From contig NC_068982.1 of NCBI RefSeq assembly GCF_001194135.2, positions 121,252,226 through 121,316,225 on the forward strand: a stretch of DNA of 64,000 nt. Direction: 5' to 3'. Origin of the DNA: Octopus bimaculoides. Lineage: Eukaryota. The notes under the pieces were generated by a model. It was not told the DNA's origin. It saw only the letters and a program-made list of their open reading frames with translations, and did not search any database. Made by a program: the position numbers and the translations under genes. The stretch's first letter is position 1, and the number at the start of each line of letters is the position of its first letter. Positions 60,911-64,000 of this stretch are shown here, piece by piece.

Positions 60911-62429
60911 GGTCTTTCCATATGCAGAAATCAATGGTTAACAGGTTGTGCAGAGGATGAGGCTGAAAGGATTGCAATAAACATGTTTCTCATTGGCCAA
61001 GCCTTCATCAACTTTTTTCAAGTTCCACTTGAAAAGGACACTGAAAGTGGAGATAGAGACACTCTTCTCCAGTAAATTTGTCAAAAGGCTGGTGATTTTG
61101 GCATAAATGCTTAGAGGGGATGAAACTACTGTAAACATGCATGTGTAGATTATAGAACTGCAGTTGGAAGAGAGTATGTGACCTAGGTAGGATTGCTTGA
61201 TTGGGGCCCTGGTTAGAAGCCCTTTTGTATCATATTTTTTGTACTATTTATTCTCTTCATCTCATTTCCCTCTTTTTTTTTTTATCTCCTCACCCAGGTT
61301 TATGTAAAACCACACAAATTGTAACATATCTTTGTAATATTCCCCCTTCATCTAACTCCAATGTTGCTAAGAAAACAAAATCATCATCATCATTGCCATT
61401 GCCATCATAATCATCATTATTATTAGTGAGGGAGATGGATTAGCAGAAGCGTTAGTGTTGGATGAAATATCTTGCAATACTTGATCTGGCGTTTTACATG
61501 TAACACTTGGGAAGACTTCATATTAACCTTTCATTTTCTGTAATTTTATTAAGTCTCACCTTAGCATGGTCTAATGTAACTGACCTTTGCCTGGTCTATC
61601 TGCTCTGTTGGAACTGATCTTGGCTTGGTCTGTTTTAACTAACACTTGCTTAGTCTAACATAACTGACCTGATGTGTGGGATTTTATCCTTGGTTAATAA
61701 TATTTTATTGGATTTCAATCTTGCTTGATTTATTTCACCACCACCACTATCACAACCACCCACTGCCAACCCTATTACCAACACCATCATCATTATTATT
61801 ATTCTCCTTACCATCATCGTCAATATTGAAATCTCTTTAAATACTAATCTACTTGCAGTTGTGATCAGCCATTATGGTATTATGAGGCGAAGGAGGTCAG
61901 TTTTGAATGAGAGTAAACCTTACTGACTGAACAGAATACATACACATACACGTACATACACACACCATGCATTTACATAAACTGATATAGGCACAGGCTT
62001 AAGTATGCAGTGACTCACAGACTGACACGCATGCTTACACACACAGATCCACATTCACAGGCACACACACACACACACACACTATTTATAACACACGTCA
62101 TACACACATACATACAGACAGTGTATACATATACATTATGTCCTAACATGCATCCACACACCACACATATACCGATACACACAAACTCATATACGCACAC
62201 ACACATACATGTGTGTTGTGTATGGGGTGGGGTGTATGTTTGTGTAAGCAAGTGTGTTTAACTTTTATTCTACTAGTCTCATGATGGCAATACTTATATG
62301 TTGACAACTTAAAGCCCCCTATACAATATACTTAAAAGAATATGGTGTAGTTGATTATTAAACATTTAGAGCCTTTTCCATTCTTAACAAGTTGGTTATT
62401 AACCATTTAAAGCATCCTGTACCATATAT

Positions 62430-62620
62430 TCTTTTCTATTCTAGGCACAAGGCCCGAAATTTTAGGGGAGGGGACCAGTCGATTAAATTGACTCCAGTAC
62501 ACAACTGGTACTTAATTTATCGACCCCGGAAGGATGAAAGGCAAAGTCGACCTCAGCGGAATTTGAACTTGGAATGTAAAGACAGACGAAATACCGCTAA
62601 GCATGTCGCCCGTGGTTACC
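62430..62620 (-). mobile_element. SINE family C copy
   Basis: GGTACTTAATTTATCGACCCCGGAAGGATGAAAGGCAAAGTCGACCTCAGCGGAATTTGAAC. Confidence 0.88.
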
Positions 62621-62889
62621 TCAGCCATTGCTATGGCGTATGATGACCTGGTCTTGCATGAGACCCAGGTTCAACTGGCTTCAGGCACACTGCCTTCAGC
62701 TTCAAAATTCTTGGATGGTAACCAGACTGAGAAAGGAAGAAGGATGAAGTGCATGGCCAGCAACCTTACCGCCAGTATTCAAATTGCTACAGCAATTATA
62801 AATAAATTCAATGATTCATTAACAGTCTAGTAAGGAGACTGGGTTTCCTTGAGGATGAGGTTGGGACTCCTGACAAGCCAGATACTCTA

Positions 62890-63150
62890 TGTCAAGGACA
62901 TCACAAAAGTGACCACCTGGTTATCTGGGATGTCTGCACTTTTCTTGAAGTGGACAACTGAAACAAGAGACTCAAGAGATGGCTTCCTACAATTTCATTA
63001 GATATCCTGAGGTATCAGCAAGATACATTGGATAGACCATAGAAGCATCAGCAGTGAAGATAAGGCAGTTCTATATGTTATCCAGGAGAAGCATTATACT
63101 TGAGGAATTGGCATCATTTTGAGTTGGCATGCTTTGATGTTCCATGGGAA
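62890..63150 (+). mobile_element. RTE-type LINE apurinic endonuclease N-terminal remnant
   Basis: WDVCTFS*SGQLKQETQEMASYN-LDIL(G)ISKIHW, after one frameshift, resembles WNVRTL...GKL.....EM..Y.LDILGISE.RW. Confidence 0.55.
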
Positions 63151-64000
63151 ACAGGAAAGACTAATATCATGTGCTTAATAGAATACAGTTTAGATGGTTA
63201 TTTCTGTTTATCCACCAACTACACCAGACTTACCTATGTGTGTGTGAATAAATGAATATGTGCATGGTATTGTGTGTGTAAATGTCATTTTGTGTAGATT
63301 AGTGTGTGCGTGTGTATGTGCATGGCTTTTTGCATTGGTAATTGTTTGTATGATAGTATGTTTAGAGCAGTATGAGTGTGAGGGTGTGGTTATTTAGAGC
63401 AATGTGAGTGTGTGGCTTTGTGGGTGAATACCTGTGTGGTTTTGCGTGGGATAATTTCTATGTGTGTGTAGATGTATATGTGTGGTTCTCTATGGAAAAT
63501 ATTTGTGTGTGTGTGGTTCTGTATCGAAAATATTTGAGTATGTGAACATGTGTATAAAATATATCAAATAATGTTAATTATTAATCTCATATAAAAGTGT
63601 GATAAATAGTGAAAAGTAAATGAATGAAAGAAATATGCACATATATATAGCCATACACTGATGTACTTATTTCTTATCTTACACATACACACAACCACAC
63701 ACACGCACACGTGTGTCTGAGTGTTTGCATGTACATACTTATATAGGCATTAACATACACACAGAAACATACTTTCCTGTATGAATACATACATAATATG
63801 TTTTACAGTTCATTCTAAGACAAAATATTGAAAACAATGAAAACCATTAGCTTATTTCCACTGTCCTACATTAAATATCTTTAGAATTTCTTTTAGAAGC
63901 AATATTTCAATTTCAGTTCTTCAGTGTATCATACATCACCATACATTACCTTGTATTACTATATAGTTCTATAGAGTATACTACCATATGCTTATACCAC

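Noticed and set aside
63230-63560. Degenerate TG-rich minisatellite, and similar tracts at 54868-55040 and 59315-59410
   Set aside because: Ordinary decayed simple repeats with no spacer structure; not CRISPR-like or telomeric.

Overview
This is AT-rich, microsatellite-dense eukaryotic DNA with about 11 N-gaps. The SINE repertoire suggests a cephalopod such as Octopus (inference). No long intact ORF is present; most entries in the ORF track are artefacts of microsatellites, gaps or alternative frames. The window is mostly transposon debris: a non-autonomous Helitron with a duplicated 5' end and CpG-decayed 23-aa STPR-like repeats, a full-length dead mariner, two maT-like Tc1/mariner remnants, RTE and CR1/Jockey LINE fragments, a probable Penelope GIY-YIG remnant, four MITEs and many SINEs from at least four families. 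A CpG-retaining domain (~21.6-31.9 kb) holds the best gene signal, a plus-strand exon (30101-30280) encoding a signal-peptide-like N-terminus followed by a GTGAGT donor. Downstream exons are only tentative. The most unusual signals are four dispersed minimal hammerhead-ribozyme-like motifs, one of them downstream of an inverted-duplicated tRNA-like head, and a tRNA-like sequence nested inside two layers of inverted repeats. All alignments, folds and translations were done by eye; no searches or computations were run.
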